In this document: one piece after another, positions 1 to 14,050 of the stretch
Numbering within the stretch: the first letter of the stretch is position 1
Layout of the letters: every line of letters begins with the position of its first letter
From: Takakia lepidozioides
Lineage: Eukaryota > Plantae > Bryophyta
DNA: 64,000 nt
NCBI GenBank assembly: GCA_030704615.1
Contig: CM060732.1
Span: forward strand, 38,130,001-38,194,000
Direction of reading: 5' to 3'
Position numbers and translations under genes: made by a program
Notes under the pieces: model-generated
The model's input: only the letters and a program-made list of their open reading frames with translations
Told to the model about the DNA's origin: nothing
The model's database searches: none

Positions 1-1295
1 GCAAGGATGGATACCATCAAAGGCAACTGGCATCTGGGTTTGGTCGACAGCAGTAGGGTATCCCTTCTTGAAAAGTTCGTAGTATTTTTTGAGAGAGGCA
101 TCTAATGAATGGTGGCCTTCTTCATGCCGACCAATGGGGACTTGGGCAGCCAGAGCCAAGAGCATTTGGAGATATTATACACATCCATAAGCACTTGACC
201 AAAAGGAAACAGATGTGGTTGCCAATTACCTCAGTCCACCCATATGTTTGAATCTGCACTTTAAATGTCTTTTTGGCAGTTCCGCTACCTCCCCCTTATC
301 CTGCGGTTGAAACGGCTGGCCAAAGTCATTCAATAAACAGATGTGGGGAAGAGAGATACTTAGCTGTCTCTCTCCCCCTCCAGCAGAGAATCCACCAGTC
401 ATAATAGTCAAATTTAAGATTGATTTCCTCAGATTGTACTTAACAAAAATGATCTCTTTGCAAAGTGGAGCCGGTGGTTCTATCACTAGGGAAGTACTGA
501 TATTAAACCTTAGAAGTTACCATAGATTTCAGTACGTCGGAGCGCAGCACTGCTCAAGGACAGTTGGACTAGAGACACCAGAATTGGAAACTTACTTCCA
601 GAACCACCACAAGCAGCTACCGTAAATCATTACCTAGGTTTCATGTGGACCCAATTTGTAACTCGTAGTGCTCTTGACATAGCTATAACGGTAAGGAACA
701 TCTTCCCTCACCACCATATAAATAGCGCCCCCACACTCAACAACTCGGGCCTCAATTGAGAACCCTCGATAAGTGCCAATTGTGTGGCGAAGGCAGGGCG
801 ATGGACGACATCATGAGTCCTCAGGTTGTAAGTCCTCACACCCACCATTTCCACTTTCCCTTTGGCGTCTTCCTCCACCACCATATAGGGAAGCCCGTCT
901 GCCTACGCACCTGGGAGAGAGAGAGTGGCAGCTATATGCCATTAACAACTGTGCTTGTCATTTCCTTTGGCAATAGACCCTGCACCCAGTGTAGACAGAG
1001 CATATAGGAGATGGTATGCCACTAGCTCACCAAGGCTCCACAGCGATGTTTCCTCTACAAACCTTGAACTCGGCATATACTTCAAAAACTCAAAACAAAG
1101 AGGGAATTATCTCCTGCAAAGTCAACGAGACAAACAATATCCACTTCCTGAGTCTTCCTAGAGCTCTTGAGCACACAAGCTCAAAGGATGGCTGGTAGAA
1201 CCCCTTACAGAATGGATGCTTCAAGGTGCAACACAACTAGTGTGGCGATGTAGTATAGATGGCTTCCCAATGGATTCAGACTCACCTATAGTCCA

Positions 1296-1952
1296 AGAGA
1301 CAAGAGCCTCTCATAGGCCGGTTGAATCTCGAAGTTCTCATTTAATACCAAGAGTCGTCATATCCTCAGCCATAATACATCAGAACTCAGATCTGCATGG
1401 ATAACACTCCATAGGTTCCCATGGGTCAAAGTCATAATGTATTCACTCTCAGAAATTATTTCTTGTCTAGATCGCTGACCCATCATCATCCATCATCCAA
1501 GTACAAGAGACAAGAGCCTCTCATAGGCTGGTTGAATCTCGAAGTTCTTGTTTAATACCTACATGATAACCAAGAGTCGTCCGATCCTCAGCGATAATAC
1601 ATCAGAATTGAGATCTGCATGGATAGCACGTTCTCGCCATCAATACTCTCAGAAATTATTTCTTTTCTAGATCGCTGACCCATCATCATCCATCATCCAA
1701 GTACAAGAGACAAGAGCCTCTCAGAGGCAGCCTCTCATAGGCTGGTTGAATCTCGAAGTTCTCGTTTAATACCTACCTGATAACCTACCTGATAACCAAG
1801 AGTCGTCCTATCCTCAACGATAATACATCGGAACTAAGATCTGCATGGATAACACTCAATAGGTTCCCCACCGTCAATGTCATAATGTATGCACTCTCAA
1901 AAATTATTTCTTTTCTAGATTGCTGACCCATCATCATCCATCATCCAAGTAG
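1296..1952. repeat. Tandem repeat, ~200-bp unit x3
   Basis: GAGACAAGAGCCTCTCATAGGC.GGTTGAATCTCGAAGTTCT recurs near 1296, 1506 and 1706-1730. AAATTATTTCTT.TCTAGAT.GCTGACCCATCATCATCCATCATCCAAGTA recurs near 1451, 1651 and 1900. Confidence 0.9.
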
Positions 1953-2713
1953 TTTTCTAAAAGCCTGGTCGGTACCTTTTTCGAGGACGAAATCCCTAGT
2001 GACCTCTTGTGCGTTTGTGAACCATGGGGCGCTCCGCAGCATTTTGTAGTAAGATTTCTTCTTGTCTTCTTCTACAACGACAATCACATGCATGTTCTTC
2101 ACCCACCTGGGTTAGCAACCAGCCATCACGTGCCGTCGTCGTAGTCTTAATTGCAGGTATGGGTGAAAGGCTTAGAGATCCACATAGTCCATGTCCTTTT
2201 CTTATTTACTTGTGTAGTCAATGAGGGTTTGTGTGCAGTGTGTGTCTGAGTGCTCAATCTGTCAAGGATTTTCTTTCTTTGGAGTGTGTGTTGGGAGAGA
2301 GTGAGAGCAGGACAAAGGAGGAAACCAGATGAGTCAATTTAGGGCAAAAGACAAATTCTGACTTCAGTTGGAGATTTTACTATGTACTTGCCTTATGGCT
2401 TGTTCCGAGGTTATTTTTTCCTCGTATTAATTTGATTAACAGGCTTCCGTCCCCTTTCCTTAAAATATATTTATAATTTTAAAAAAACTATCTATGACAA
2501 AAATTCTATAATGATTTGCTCTCTAATGCAACTTGAGAGGGGTTATTTGATGAGTGGTTCATGTGGGCAGGTGAGTACTAGAATATTTTGGAAATATTTT
2601 TGGAATCATGCCATCACGAAACCTGATCCCATCGTGCTCCACCCAAGTTGAAAAAAAAAAATTGAAAGTGGTGCAAAACATTGATTTCAATGATAGTCTT
2701 ATGAGGAGTAATC

Positions 2714-2876
2714 ATGGATAAAAAAGTAACCACGGTTGGATGATATCCATCATATAAGCATCATCAAGAACCAGATGAAATAATTTCGCTTGTAAGACTG
2801 GATAAAAAAATCACCATGGTTGGATGATATCCATCATATAAGCGTCATCAAGAACCAGATGAAATAGTTTCGCTTG
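2714..2876. repeat. Tandem duplication, ~85-bp unit x2
   Basis: GGTTGGATGATATCCATCATATAAGC.TCATCAAGAACCAGATGAAATA.TTTCGCTTG occurs twice. Confidence 0.85.
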
Positions 2877-3558
2877 CAATTCTTACTCGCCCACCGCATG
2901 CCCATATCCTTAAAATTAAGGCTTGCTTGTTCTAGAGTAAGATTGTTTGTGAATTTTTGGTCGCCACATCATAATGACTTGGCTCTTGTTACCCACCCAC
3001 GCCCTTCGGGAGGCGCCACATGTCTGGTCACACATATGGGACTAAACACTCCAAAACTCCTATTCACCAACCCTCAACACTTTGACTTGGTCTGCCCCTC
3101 CCCCCCGCTCCCCATCCTAACTACTTACTCATCCATTTGGTTTTATAAAGTTTATGTTAGGGTTGTTTGGAGAGTTTAGGTTATGTGTTTTATGTGTGTT
3201 AATGATGGGAACCACCTCGCTGGTACCTATCAAACATACAAAATACTAGTGTAAATTTTATGCAGTCTGAAAAATGACAAGAACAACTTTCTGGTACGTT
3301 GATCTTATATCTTATCTGAAATGATTTTTTGCACCTTTTCTGATTTGAGGCATCCTAGCACTTCCAAATGTCAACCATGACGTTCATTTCCATCCATACC
3401 TTGCGGTTCCTAGTGTCGTGTGACGAATTTACATGTTTGGATTTTTTTACCACTTTTGGAATTGGCAAGAACAACCTTCCCATTGATACCCATCAAATAT
3501 GATAGAACAACATGTTACCTTCCGTAAGATAATAGGCATATTTGTTTGGATTTTATGC

Positions 3559-4093
3559 GGAAGATAATAGAAATAATGTAATAACTTAATGCACACGTGC
3601 AACCTCTGACAAGATGATACGCCGATTTCCGGCATGTCAAATCTTCCCTACCTTCTCTTGAGGGTGACATGGAACTGAAGGTCGAGTCAGAATTACACTG
3701 GGTTACACGACGAGGTGTGTAACTCCTCTTAGGGTTACATCGGGTTATACGACGATCTCGAAATTTGACTAAGTCCAAATTTGGTTAAGTATAAAATGGA
3801 CTAACCAGAGTTACAGAGGGTTACACTACCGGGATTACACTAAGTGTCTCCCATCAAGAATCGAACCCTGAACGTCGCCGCCTGCAACGCTATCACCTTA
3901 CCATCTTGCTACCCACCACAACTTGTAACCCACTTGGATTCTTAAGTAGTTAATAGTGAAACCGAGGTAAGAGGGGGTGGGAAGATTTGACAGGGCCCCG
4001 CCAGAGGAGCACAGGCTGGCTGCTGGAATCCGGCGAAAGTACCGTCACATCACACGCGTCCATTAAGTTCTTACATTATTCCTATTGTCTTCC
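3559..4093. mobile_element. Mutator-like (MULE) MITE with 9-bp TSD
   Basis: TIRs GGAAGATAATAGAAATAATGTAATAACTTAATGCACACGTG / CACGCGTCCATTAAGTTCTTACATTATTCCTATTGTCTTCC. Perfect TSD ATTTTATGC at 3550-3558 and 4094-4102. Confidence 0.9.
3851..3914 (-). other. tRNA-derived (A/B-box) sequence inside the MITE; not a functional tRNA
   Basis: Minus strand GGGTAGCAAGATGGTAAGGTGATAGCGTTGCAGGCGGCGACGTTCAGGGTTCGATTCTTGATGG has A-box-like and GGTTCGATTC B-box motifs at tRNA spacing, but the stems are imperfect. Confidence 0.55.
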
Positions 4094-4277
4094 ATTTTAT
4101 GCAATATGAAAAATGACATAAACAATCTTTTGGTGGATATAATAGCATGTATGGATTGAGCAATTTTATAATTGACATGAACAACATTCCTACATGAACC
4201 CATCAAACATCATTCAATGCTAGAAACAATCTTTGTAAGGTAAAAATACTTGTTTGGATTTTATGCAATCTAAATAA

Positions 4278-4857
4278 GCTTCTCATTGTTGAATAATTGG
4301 GAGTTTAAGGCTCACGTGCGCCAGGCAGCGGGCCCCATGCACGGACGTGAGTCCCGCCCCGAGAACCGGCAGCCCCGCGGGGGTATGCTTAGGTGGGGTC
4401 CACCCTCTTCCTAGGCCACGTTGGGTTGGGGCTGACAGCTCTCCTTTTCTAGTATAAGCAATAAAAAAACAGCTAGGGTAGCAGCATACACTGGATAGTG
4501 TGGTGGTTGGGCGCTTCAGATGGTGTCCATGAGATTGTACGTACAAATTCGGCTCAAGCTACGGTGCATTTAATGAATTGCAATGCATTAATGATGATCT
4601 TTTTTACGGGCGAGTTTCCCCGGAAAAGTTTGTAAGTCCCAAGAGGGCGGGGCAGTCTGCAGCGGCTGCAGACCCTACATTGGACGCGAGCAGACCCGGA
4701 CCCGCCATTGGACGCCAGCAAACCCTGACCCGCAAGCAGACCCGTTGGACGCTAGCAGACCCACCGAGTGGTCGCGGGCGACCCGATGTTCATGCGTCCG
4801 TGCGCTCCCTGGCCCACACGTGAGACATAAACTCCCAATTATTCAAAAATGAGAGGC
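4278..4857. mobile_element. Second TIR MITE (MULE-like)
   Basis: ~45-bp TIRs GCTTCTCATTGTTGAATAATTGGGAGTTTAAGGCTCACGTG / CACGTGAGACATAAACTCCCAATTATTCAAAAATGAGAGGC. Degenerate 9-bp TSD TCTAAATAA / TCTAAAAAT. GC-rich interior with GCAGACCC repeats. Confidence 0.8.
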
Positions 4858-7222
4858 TCTAAAAATGACATGCACAACCTTTCGAAAAGTATATTAATAT
4901 GTTCGAGCAAGTTAAAATTGTCATGAACTATCATCCAGCAGGTATCCATCAAACACAATTCAATGGTAGAAACAACCTTCAGTAAATTTTGAAAACAAAT
5001 ATTGAGATTTTATGCAATTTGAAAAATGATAGGCATTGTATCTTCCGAAGGATATGTTAACATATTCATATTGAGCATTAGAACAGTCTTATGCTTTACT
5101 TGTCCTCCCAAAATTTCTCATGTATGAATCGGTAACACGAAGATCTATGAAACCTTAATCCTAAAGCTTCCCCTCTAAAATCATTGTAAATAGTGACCTC
5201 TGCATCAATCCAAATCCATTAATCATGGGGAGACTTATTTATGGTTGGGGTAGGGTTGGATTTGGTTGGGGCGGGTGGGCCAACCGAGTAGCAAGAAAGG
5301 CTACTCCAAAGTGTTGGTGGCATTGATGAGCAACAAGAAGGCATGGAGTGAGGTAGGCTCCACATGTGTGTATTTGAGCATGGCTATTAAAAATTTGTAG
5401 ACTTCGAGACTGTATAGCAATTTTACACGTCAAATCAGAAAATAACATAATTAAGCACTTGGCTCTTTAAATATGTCACCTCCACTCTATACTCTGATAA
5501 CAATAAAAAATCATAGGCCGCATGCGGATGATCCCTCAAGTTGGGAGATTGTAGCTAGTGAGCAAATACATGAGCAATGCTCGTGCAATTCTGCGAGTAT
5601 GGAATTTAAAAAATGAAGAAATCCTATGGGTCTCTTTCCACCGGATGAACAATCACTTTGGTATATTGAGAGCTTATGGTAGGCCTTTTTTCCATGAGAT
5701 TACAAATAGCATTATGTTACATTGAACAACTCCAAGTCGCACACATTTTCACATATTGGGTGTTGGTGAGTGTGTGAGCGGAGCAAAAATTTTGTGAGCA
5801 TAAAATCAAAAGTGAATATTATGTGAGCATATTTTAGGATTTCCAGATACAAAATTTTGTATGCTCACATTAATATATATATATATCGACATTTGTTCTC
5901 ATATTTCTGGGGGGTTGGAGTTTGGATTGGTAATTAGGTTCGGCCTTAAAAACAATCCTTGTAAGGTAAAAATTTCCAAATACTTATTTGGATTTTATGC
6001 AATTAAAAAAATGACATGCACAATCCTCCAGAGAGTATATTGAGTATATTAATATGTTCGGGTTGAGCAATTTAAAATTGATAGAAACAACCATCCAGCA
6101 TGTACTCAACAAACCTGACTCGACGGTAAAAATAACCTTTCATAAAGTTTAAGAAAAATGTTTAGATTTTATGCAAATTAAAAAATGATAGGCATTGTAC
6201 CTTCCGAAAGATATGTGTTAATATTCAGATTGAGCAATTTTAAACTGATAAGTGCAAACCTTTTTAAAAAGTGAACTCTGCATCAATAACATCCAGTAAT
6301 CATGGGGAGACTTATTTATGGTTGGGACAGGGTTGGATTTGGTTGGGGTGGGTGGGCCAACCGAGTGGACGGCCCCAAAGTATTGATGGCATTGGGCAGC
6401 AACAAGAAGGCATGGAGTGTGGTAGGCTCTACAGGTGTGTGTTATGTGTGATTAGATTGTCATTATCAGTAATTCCACAAAGGTATTTGCTTGTCAGTCA
6501 TTTGCTCCCTCCTAAATCAGCCTAAACCTTATATGTAAAGCTGTCACTCTTGCATACTAAACTCTGGAACTCCATTCACTCTAGTTTTAGAAGTTCTACA
6601 TTGGATAAAGTGCATCAATTGGCTGACATTTTCCTATGATTGTACAGAGAGATGAAAGATCATGTCTAAATTATTGTGCATCAGGATGGGGACCCTCTGA
6701 TTCGGTATTCGACTGCCATAAGTTGACCGGCGAGTATTCCAGTGATAATACATAGGATGGATCGTGAGAGGCCAAGAGCCCATTGGTCTCCTCGCACCCC
6801 ATTAGTGTAACTGAATGAAAACATACAATCAGACCCTTCAACTCCACAATTTGGGCAGCCACCAGTTCCAGTTCCAGTTCTACAGACTTTACAACATGGA
6901 CCCCTTCTCACCCCATGCAACCCACAAAGTTCAGATTCTAAGACTCGGATCTCTATCAATGTCAAGTAATGGAAATTTATGGAGCTTTGGAAACATGGGC
7001 ACCCAAACTCCAAGCTTCATGAGACATACTCAGCCAGCTTCAAATATTCAGACGAGTACTTAGTCCCTCCGAGGCTCCATGTAAGATCCATCTACCTCTT
7101 ATACTTTATCAGCTTCTGCTATTACAGCTGCATTTTTCCAATGATCTTCACGTCAACCGCCTAGGTCTGGTGCAAGACAAGCTGCTCTTAGTCATTGTCA
7201 ATTGAGATCCGCTCCTTCACGA

Positions 7223-8330
7223 CACTACAGCAAATAGGGGATTTTACGACGTCAGCCACGCCCCCACGCCCCGCGCGGCGCTGAACCTGCGACACCGAGC
7301 CCGCACCGTTTTTGTGCGACACCCCCGCGTCGTAATCCCCCGCTGCAACACCATTACGATACCCAGCCGTTGTAAGGTGGCATGAAGGAGGGAAAGAGGG
7401 CCCTCACTGCAATGGATTTTTTTTCTTGCAACGCCCCAGCGTCGGAAATCCAAAAAATAAAAATAAATAAAAATAAAAATAAAAATTGACGTTGCGACGC
7501 CGAGGCGTCGCAACAGCATCACCACAGTGGGAGTTTTTTTTTTTGTTTTTTTTTTTTGAAGGCTCTGTGGCCCTCAATTTCACAAAAGCTTGCGCTGGGA
7601 CGCCAACGTTGCGACGCCAGGGGCCCTGGCGTCGCAACGGCGTTGCCACAGGGGGTCGCAATGGTGTTGTGGTCAACTTAGGTCATCATAAGGACGTCGC
7701 TTGTGGCACCTGGCGGTGGGGGGTGCAACAACGGCGACGGCGCTGGGGCTGGGGCTGGGCATTAAGGCTGTGGAGGTTGCAATTCCCCGGTGTCATAAGA
7801 GAGAGACCCCCTTAGAAGGAACTTGAAGAAAAAATTTATATATTTAGATTGCGTTTGTGATACATAGATGTAGCGTAGGTGTGTTGGTTAATTTATAGTG
7901 TCTTAGAATTGTTATAACGTGGAGGTCTTAGGTTCGAGTATGCATTGCATAATATATATAGAACAATGAACATCTCGCCATTAGACAGAACCGGAGTCAA
8001 TGGTCAACAAGTTTTTGAAATTCAAATTTTCTCGCCTAAATTCAAATGTACCCCCTTAATTGTGACGTCCGGGTGTCGCACTTTGCGACTCCCCGACGGT
8101 GCTAATTCTACATTGCAAAATAGTTTTTTTTTTTTTTTTTTTTTCAAGATGCTCGGGCGTCGCAAATCGTAGTTTCGCCTATTTCCGACCCCCATTGGTC
8201 GCAAATTTGGGACGATTTTCTGGCGACGGGCTTGTGACACCTGGGCGTCGCAAATTTAGTTCTTCCATCCTGCCCGAAAAGGGCTGTTTTACGACGCAGA
8301 AATCACTCCATATGTATAGGGCAGTGGTAT
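7223..8330 (+). mobile_element. CACTA (En/Spm) left end with subterminal repeats
   Basis: Begins CACTACAGCAAATAGGGG, followed by many GCGACGCC / GGCGTCGCAA subterminal motifs in both orientations. No matching right TIR with TSD was identified. Confidence 0.65.
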
Positions 8331-8570
8331 TAGTTTTAAGAAAAAATAAAAATCAGTAATATACCCTTTATTAATTTTAAATATTTTATAATTTTTGTCT
8401 TTTGTGAATAAATTGCACACTATATTTTTTTACTCGTCGGTTGGAAATTCTTGGAAGTGACCTTCCCGGGGATTTGAACGCGCCTCCCCCCCCCCCGGCT
8501 CGGGACTGCTACGCAGACCGGCAGCCATGGGAGCGTCAATCAACGCTCTCCCTCTTTGTCTCGTGGTTCG

Positions 8571-10180
8571 TGTTTAGTATCATGCAATAGCCACTTTGGC
8601 TATTGACTTAAGCCATTGAACCATCATCATGGCCCACCTTAAAACCGATCATGCCTAAAAAATAAAGCCAACCCATCCCCATAGCATGCCAACCATTTTG
8701 GGTTTCACTAACCCTTGGGGTTAGTCAAACAACACCAAAAGTACATATTAGTCATTCAATATTAAGCCCCTCCCCCCAAGCTTATATGAGCTATGGGGGT
8801 CTAAACTTAATGAAAGCACACACAAAAAAATTGGGTTGGGAAGCTATTTAAATTTCCAGCTACATGGAACAAAGCAAAAAAAATGAAACTAAAAATATTT
8901 CTTCTTCCTACCTTCTTGATTTCCTCTCTCTTCCATGAAGAAAAATGAAGCCTAGTGAAGAGGACTAGAGAAGGTTAGATCTAGTTGCTCTAGATTCTCT
9001 TCTTTCAACTTCCAAATGACAACAGAAAATTAACACCCCTATTTATTCCAAGCTTGAACTAGCTAACCCTTGCATGGTTAGTCTTGGAGGTCAAGGGTTA
9101 GTATTTCATCAATTTGAACATCACCAAGGCCTAGTGGCCAACATAAAGAGAACCCACACCCACTTTAGAGCTACCCCACTGCATGGTTAGCACTCCTAGG
9201 TTAGATCTTTACACTCTTAAGCCAAAAGACAAAACATGGTTACAAATGACAACTCCTTGGGCCTCTTAGCCACTAAGGAGAGTTAGTCTCTTTCTTTCCC
9301 AAGATCCTACTACTCCTTGGGTAGTTAGGACCAAGCTAAGGTTAGATATAAGCTTCCAACAACAATGGACAAGCAAGAGACAAGCAAAAACACACACACA
9401 TGAACAAGGGCTAAGACTCTCTTCTCTCCACTCAAAAAGGGGTCACTTGACTAGATAGGCTACCAAAACTTGAAGGGAATGGGTTGTGCTCACCTCTCCT
9501 ATGGGGTTTGTTGCTCCTACCTCCTCTTCACTCTTCAAGGGCTCACCACACTCTTAAATGACAAAACCTCTTTGTTTTTTGGGGACGATGCTATCTTTTT
9601 TCACATAAAAATGGCTCTTGGCCCTTACACACTAGGTCCTAGGATCTCCCTAGTCTCCATAGTACACTAGATGCTTTCTCCAAGCTTGCATAAAACAACT
9701 AGGCTTAGCTCTAAGCCACAAACAATCTAGGACTTCACCACAAAGCTAGTTGCCAAAACATAAAGCAAGCTTCTTAAGCTAGCTTCTAAGCAACTAACTA
9801 ACAAACAACTAACAAGCAAAAAAAACAAAGAATGAAGTCTTGAGCAAGTTCAAGTCCTAACCTACTTATACTGGAAATATTATAAAAAAATAATGGATGA
9901 CATCCAAAAATCCTTGGATAGAATAGGCAATCAACCATTTTTTGGTTGGTAAGTGGTACAAATCATCCAACCAGCTGGTTGGGGATGGTGCTAATTCTTG
10001 TGGACCCAAAAATCCCATCAAAATGAATTTTTCTTGGCCACGGTCGCCCGAAAACCTCAAAAATAGTGAATTGTTGCTAACTTCCTCCAAAATTCTTGAA
10101 ACGTGGCACGGGGATGGTCCTACGTGCAAGAGTTGGAAACACGGGCACAAAGCAAGCTGCCCTTACCCCGGGTGATGTCA
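8571..10180 (-). mobile_element. LTR-like sequence (probable solo or partial LTR)
   Basis: TG...CA-bounded ~1.6-kb non-coding block with a reversed TATA-like site (ACCCCTATTTATTCC, ~9035) and LTR-like composition. No TSD found. Confidence 0.35.
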
Positions 10181-10849
10181 AAATTATGGAGGAGCTGAGA
10201 CCTCCGTAGCTCCAAAGATCAGGGAAGAGCCATAAACAAAATGACCCAAGACTTCCTCCCCTCCGTCATCAGATCAAGATAAATGTTAAACATTATTGCT
10301 CTATGAGGAGCCTCGCCGCGCGCGCAACCGCGCGGGGAGGGGGGGGGGGTTTGATCCGGCGCCTGGACTTGGCGACGAGGTGGGTTAGGCTCAAGAACCG
10401 CCCACCCGTGAGATGTGTTGCTAAACTTGGCGGAGGGTCAGCGGTCGATGGAGGGAACTCCTCCCACTATCCTAAACTACCAACAAACGCAAGGTTCATC
10501 TCCTACGCTCGCGGGGCAAAATTCATTTGTGTCTCCTACGAAATCTACTCCTAGCTAATTGTTTTCCAAGACTTCTTTATTAGTATTAATACGGCTTCAC
10601 CCCGGAGCTATCGATGTCCTTGGAAGATCCTCTTCCTTTGGAGTGATTGCTTCCGGAAGCGTTAAGGGCAAGCCGCTTAGGTTTGGGGTTACTTCACCAA
10701 CACGCTCCCCCGGATCGCACGTGTGTGCAAAGGGGCCGCCTACGTTCCCGCTATCCGGAGGGGAGAGCACACCCTAGCCTAGAAGAAAAACTCTTTACCT
10801 GGACAATAACAACCCCCTATGCCCTTAATACATAGCCCCATAGCCTCTA

Positions 10850-12360
10850 GGTCCTAGGTTCAAAACCCCCTAAAGTGTAGGTGCACAATTTAACGCGCGG
10901 AGTGTTTTTTGAGTGTTTTTGAGGCAAGGAGAGCCGATTTGTACGCAGACAGTGATGAAACAGGACCATTTGTATCGGAAACGGCAAAACATCGACATAG
11001 CTACTGGTATGGCCTACAAATGGAAGAGGTCTGCGACATCTATGAAGCCAAATCGCCCAGGAGTTTATATGAATAGGGTACCTGCAGGGAGCAGCAGGGC
11101 GTGCGATTCCAGTCGATCGTTCGAACATCTAGGAGCCGATTAAAACGACAGCGGGCAACGGTCTACTGTCTGTTCCTCATCTCAACATTTGATCGTTATT
11201 CAAGCATAGGCAAGTTAGGAGAGCTTGACCTCCATGACAAACTATCGACTGGGTTATTCTTTCAATGACACGGTTGACAACAGTCTCGCAATTCCAGATA
11301 GAAATTTCCATGTTGCTTCAATGCAGTTCATGAGGACGCTGGAGGCGTGGAGCACACATGCTTATGATACGATTTCATTTTCATGCTCGGATAAGTCGGT
11401 GACAGGGATCAAGCATGGATTCCCCTGTGTTTTAGTTCATTTAAGCAAAACAAACATTGCAGTGCGTCATGTAGCAGACTGCCGGCAGTGATCTCTTTTT
11501 CCCAGGAGGACAATTCGACTTTTTGATATGATTTCAATTCAAGGAACTTCCAAGGAGTCTTGGTCTCCTACAAAAAATCCTAAAGAGGTTTTATCCAGCA
11601 GTAGCGGCCGACTAGGATTTTGCTGTGCTAAGTATCTTCAGCGAACAGGATGAAGCCGGAATCGAGCGCTGTTTGTGGAGGGTTTTTTATGATGTGGTTA
11701 AAAGGGAAACAAGATGATATGGAAGGAGTTTCAGCCCCTGGCGTTGATCTATTCCCAACCAAAAAATTATGATACGCGTTGAAACATAGTTTTCAAGTGC
11801 AATTGGCGTTTGTTTATTTTTTATGATTGATGATCGAACCACATGAACTTGAAGTTTGGTGGGTGTTTCAAGCATACCAAAACACCTAATGATGGAGAGG
11901 ACGGAGATTATAATTGGAGACACAAACGAGTCAGGGTTCCCAGTTTCAAGGTACGACAGCTAAAGTTTTAGTTCTTTTTCTTTCGCAGCTGCTTTCTGGA
12001 TCGAGTTATGTTCATGGGCTGCCTCTCTCATTCCCTGGTTTCCAGAATCGGTTCACCCCTGCTTGTTTCTCAGACACTGCTCTATTTTATTAACTGTACT
12101 TGCTATGTCTTTTTAGGGTCGTGGTTGTTCGACCCTGCTTTGCTTTCAACAATCATCTTTTCTTCGATTTGCATGCTCTTTCGATCTCCCCGCACCTTAC
12201 CTCCTTACTTATTATCATGTTAGCTAATTTGTTGTGGTTACGGTGTAGTTCCCCATTAATAAAACCTCACGGCCTTCTGATGGTTATTTTTTCTATCATT
12301 TTGTGAACATTTATTTATTTAATTTGATTAAAAACTAAAAATTAAAAAAAAATTAAAACC
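10850..12360 (+). mobile_element. Highly decayed L1-like LINE 3-prime portion
   Basis: Broken Trp-rich frames (LWRVFYDVV; HIVFKCNW, resembling a zf-RVT C-terminus), followed by a T-rich 3-prime region and an A-rich tail near 12330-12357. Confidence 0.3.
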
Positions 12361-12509
12361 CTCATTATGGTACATATTCTAAAGGTCTATGTTTTACCAT
12401 AAATAGGGCAGTAGCGACTATATTAAGTTGATATACTTTTGATTAAAACATAAGTGATTAGTGATGTTGGAAAATATAATCTAGTAAGACGGACAGGGTT
12501 GTGGATCTG

Positions 12510-14050
12510 GAGGTGACATGGCGCTGACACGCCAGCGTCATGTTGGACATCACGTCCAAACGTACATCGTGTCACGTCTAATCCAGACGTTATTATGTAT
12601 AATTAGTTTTTATTTTTTATCTTTATTATTGACTATTTATCCTGGATACCGAGGTAGCGGCCTACATAGAGTGACCACGGGATAATAAAAAATTATTGTA
12701 TTTTTAAAAATATATATGGGACCGCATTGGCAGTCACAAAATTTCAATTTTTTTTAAATCATGCAAATGTCAATATTGGCGGTCACACGCATTTTAACAA
12801 AATGAAAAATATGCGACCGTCAATATTGGTTGTAACATTTATATATCTATATATATATAAGCGTTATAACATTAGCTATGTGCAAATATACCTTTTTCCA
12901 CAAGATATCTTTTATCTCAAAGTACGTTTTATGACTTATAAACCGGGTATAGTCGACCACCTACAATGAGGTAACCGGCTCTAGCCGGTTTCGAAGCGCA
13001 TGCTGCAAGCCGCAATGATTGCGTCACATTCAAACTTCATATAAAACAAAAGTCTCATTATTCGCAACCACATGTCATGCACTCAAGTTCATTTGTCTTA
13101 TTTGACCTTAATGATAATGTCAACCACGCTCACATGTTTGGACTTTCATAATAATGACTTCTCATCCATGCTCATACATTTTCTCATCAATAATTATTAC
13201 TGTACATCCTAGTCATACCATTCATATCGCATTATTAGAAATTCATCCACGATGTCATCCACATAGTATCATCCGCACATCATCCAACAGTCATTGCCTC
13301 ACGGCCCATCCTACATATAAATATGTGGAGCCCTCATTTGTTTCTCGCATAAATTCTTCATCGAGCTCTTCAAAGCCTTCATTTTTTTCTTGTTATTTTG
13401 TGTTGTATTTTGGTTTGAGTTTTTATTTTTATTTTTATTTATCTAATATTTGTTATTATTGTATATTATACGTTATTATAGGGAGGAAGTACGGTGGCCA
13501 CACCATTACACCGACACGACGTTGGTCGGTCGGACTTGGCGGCCAATATTGCCGATCGCACGTTTTTTTTTTTTTTTAAATCTGTTGATGAAAAAGCATG
13601 CGAATATTAATGGTTGCACGCATTGGAAAAAATAAATATAAATAAAAGTATACGACCACCAATGTTGGCGGTCGCAGATATATGTTTTAAAAAAAAACAT
13701 ATAATCGCCAATATTAGAAGTCGCACGCATTAAATTTAGAAAAAAATCTGTTTTTATAAGAAAATTTAAATGACGGTAACATTCATTTTTAAAAAATGAA
13801 AAAATATACGACCGTCAATAAAATAAAATGCTACGTCCACCATATTGGTGGTCATATGCGTTTATTTTAAAAAGAAATGTTGCGACCATCGAAATTGGCG
13901 GTTACAAGCATTTAAAAATATAAACAAATAAAGCGACATGTTTGCAACATTGCTGAAGTGACACATTTTTATTTTTAATTTACGATGACGTAGGTCACGT
14001 CAGCTTCGGGTCTAATGCAACATAACGTGACGCGACCGACATGACGCTGA
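12510..14050. mobile_element. Non-autonomous DNA-element copy with palindromic GCGACCGCCAATATTGGCGGTCGC-type repeats
   Basis: Many degenerate GCGACCG.CAATATTGGCGGTCGC motifs. 12590-12690 is homologous to 15270-15365. Confidence 0.6.

Larger units (their letters stand above)
3240..6440. repeat. Degenerate AT-rich repeat array (core TTTGGATTTTATGCAAT...AAAAATGACA) with a ~0.5-kb direct duplication
   Basis: The core motif recurs near 3255, 3545, 4255, 5005, 5990 and 6165. 4860-5370 matches ~6010-6440, e.g. AATCATGGGGAGACTTATTTATGGTTGGG at 5221 and 6298. Confidence 0.7.

Noticed and set aside
1-1250. Possible retrotransposon gag/pol remnant
   Set aside because: Coding-like composition, but no diagnostic motif could be recognised.
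6590-6640. Copia RNase H QLADIF motif
   Set aside because: An isolated 6-residue match with no supporting neighbouring motifs.
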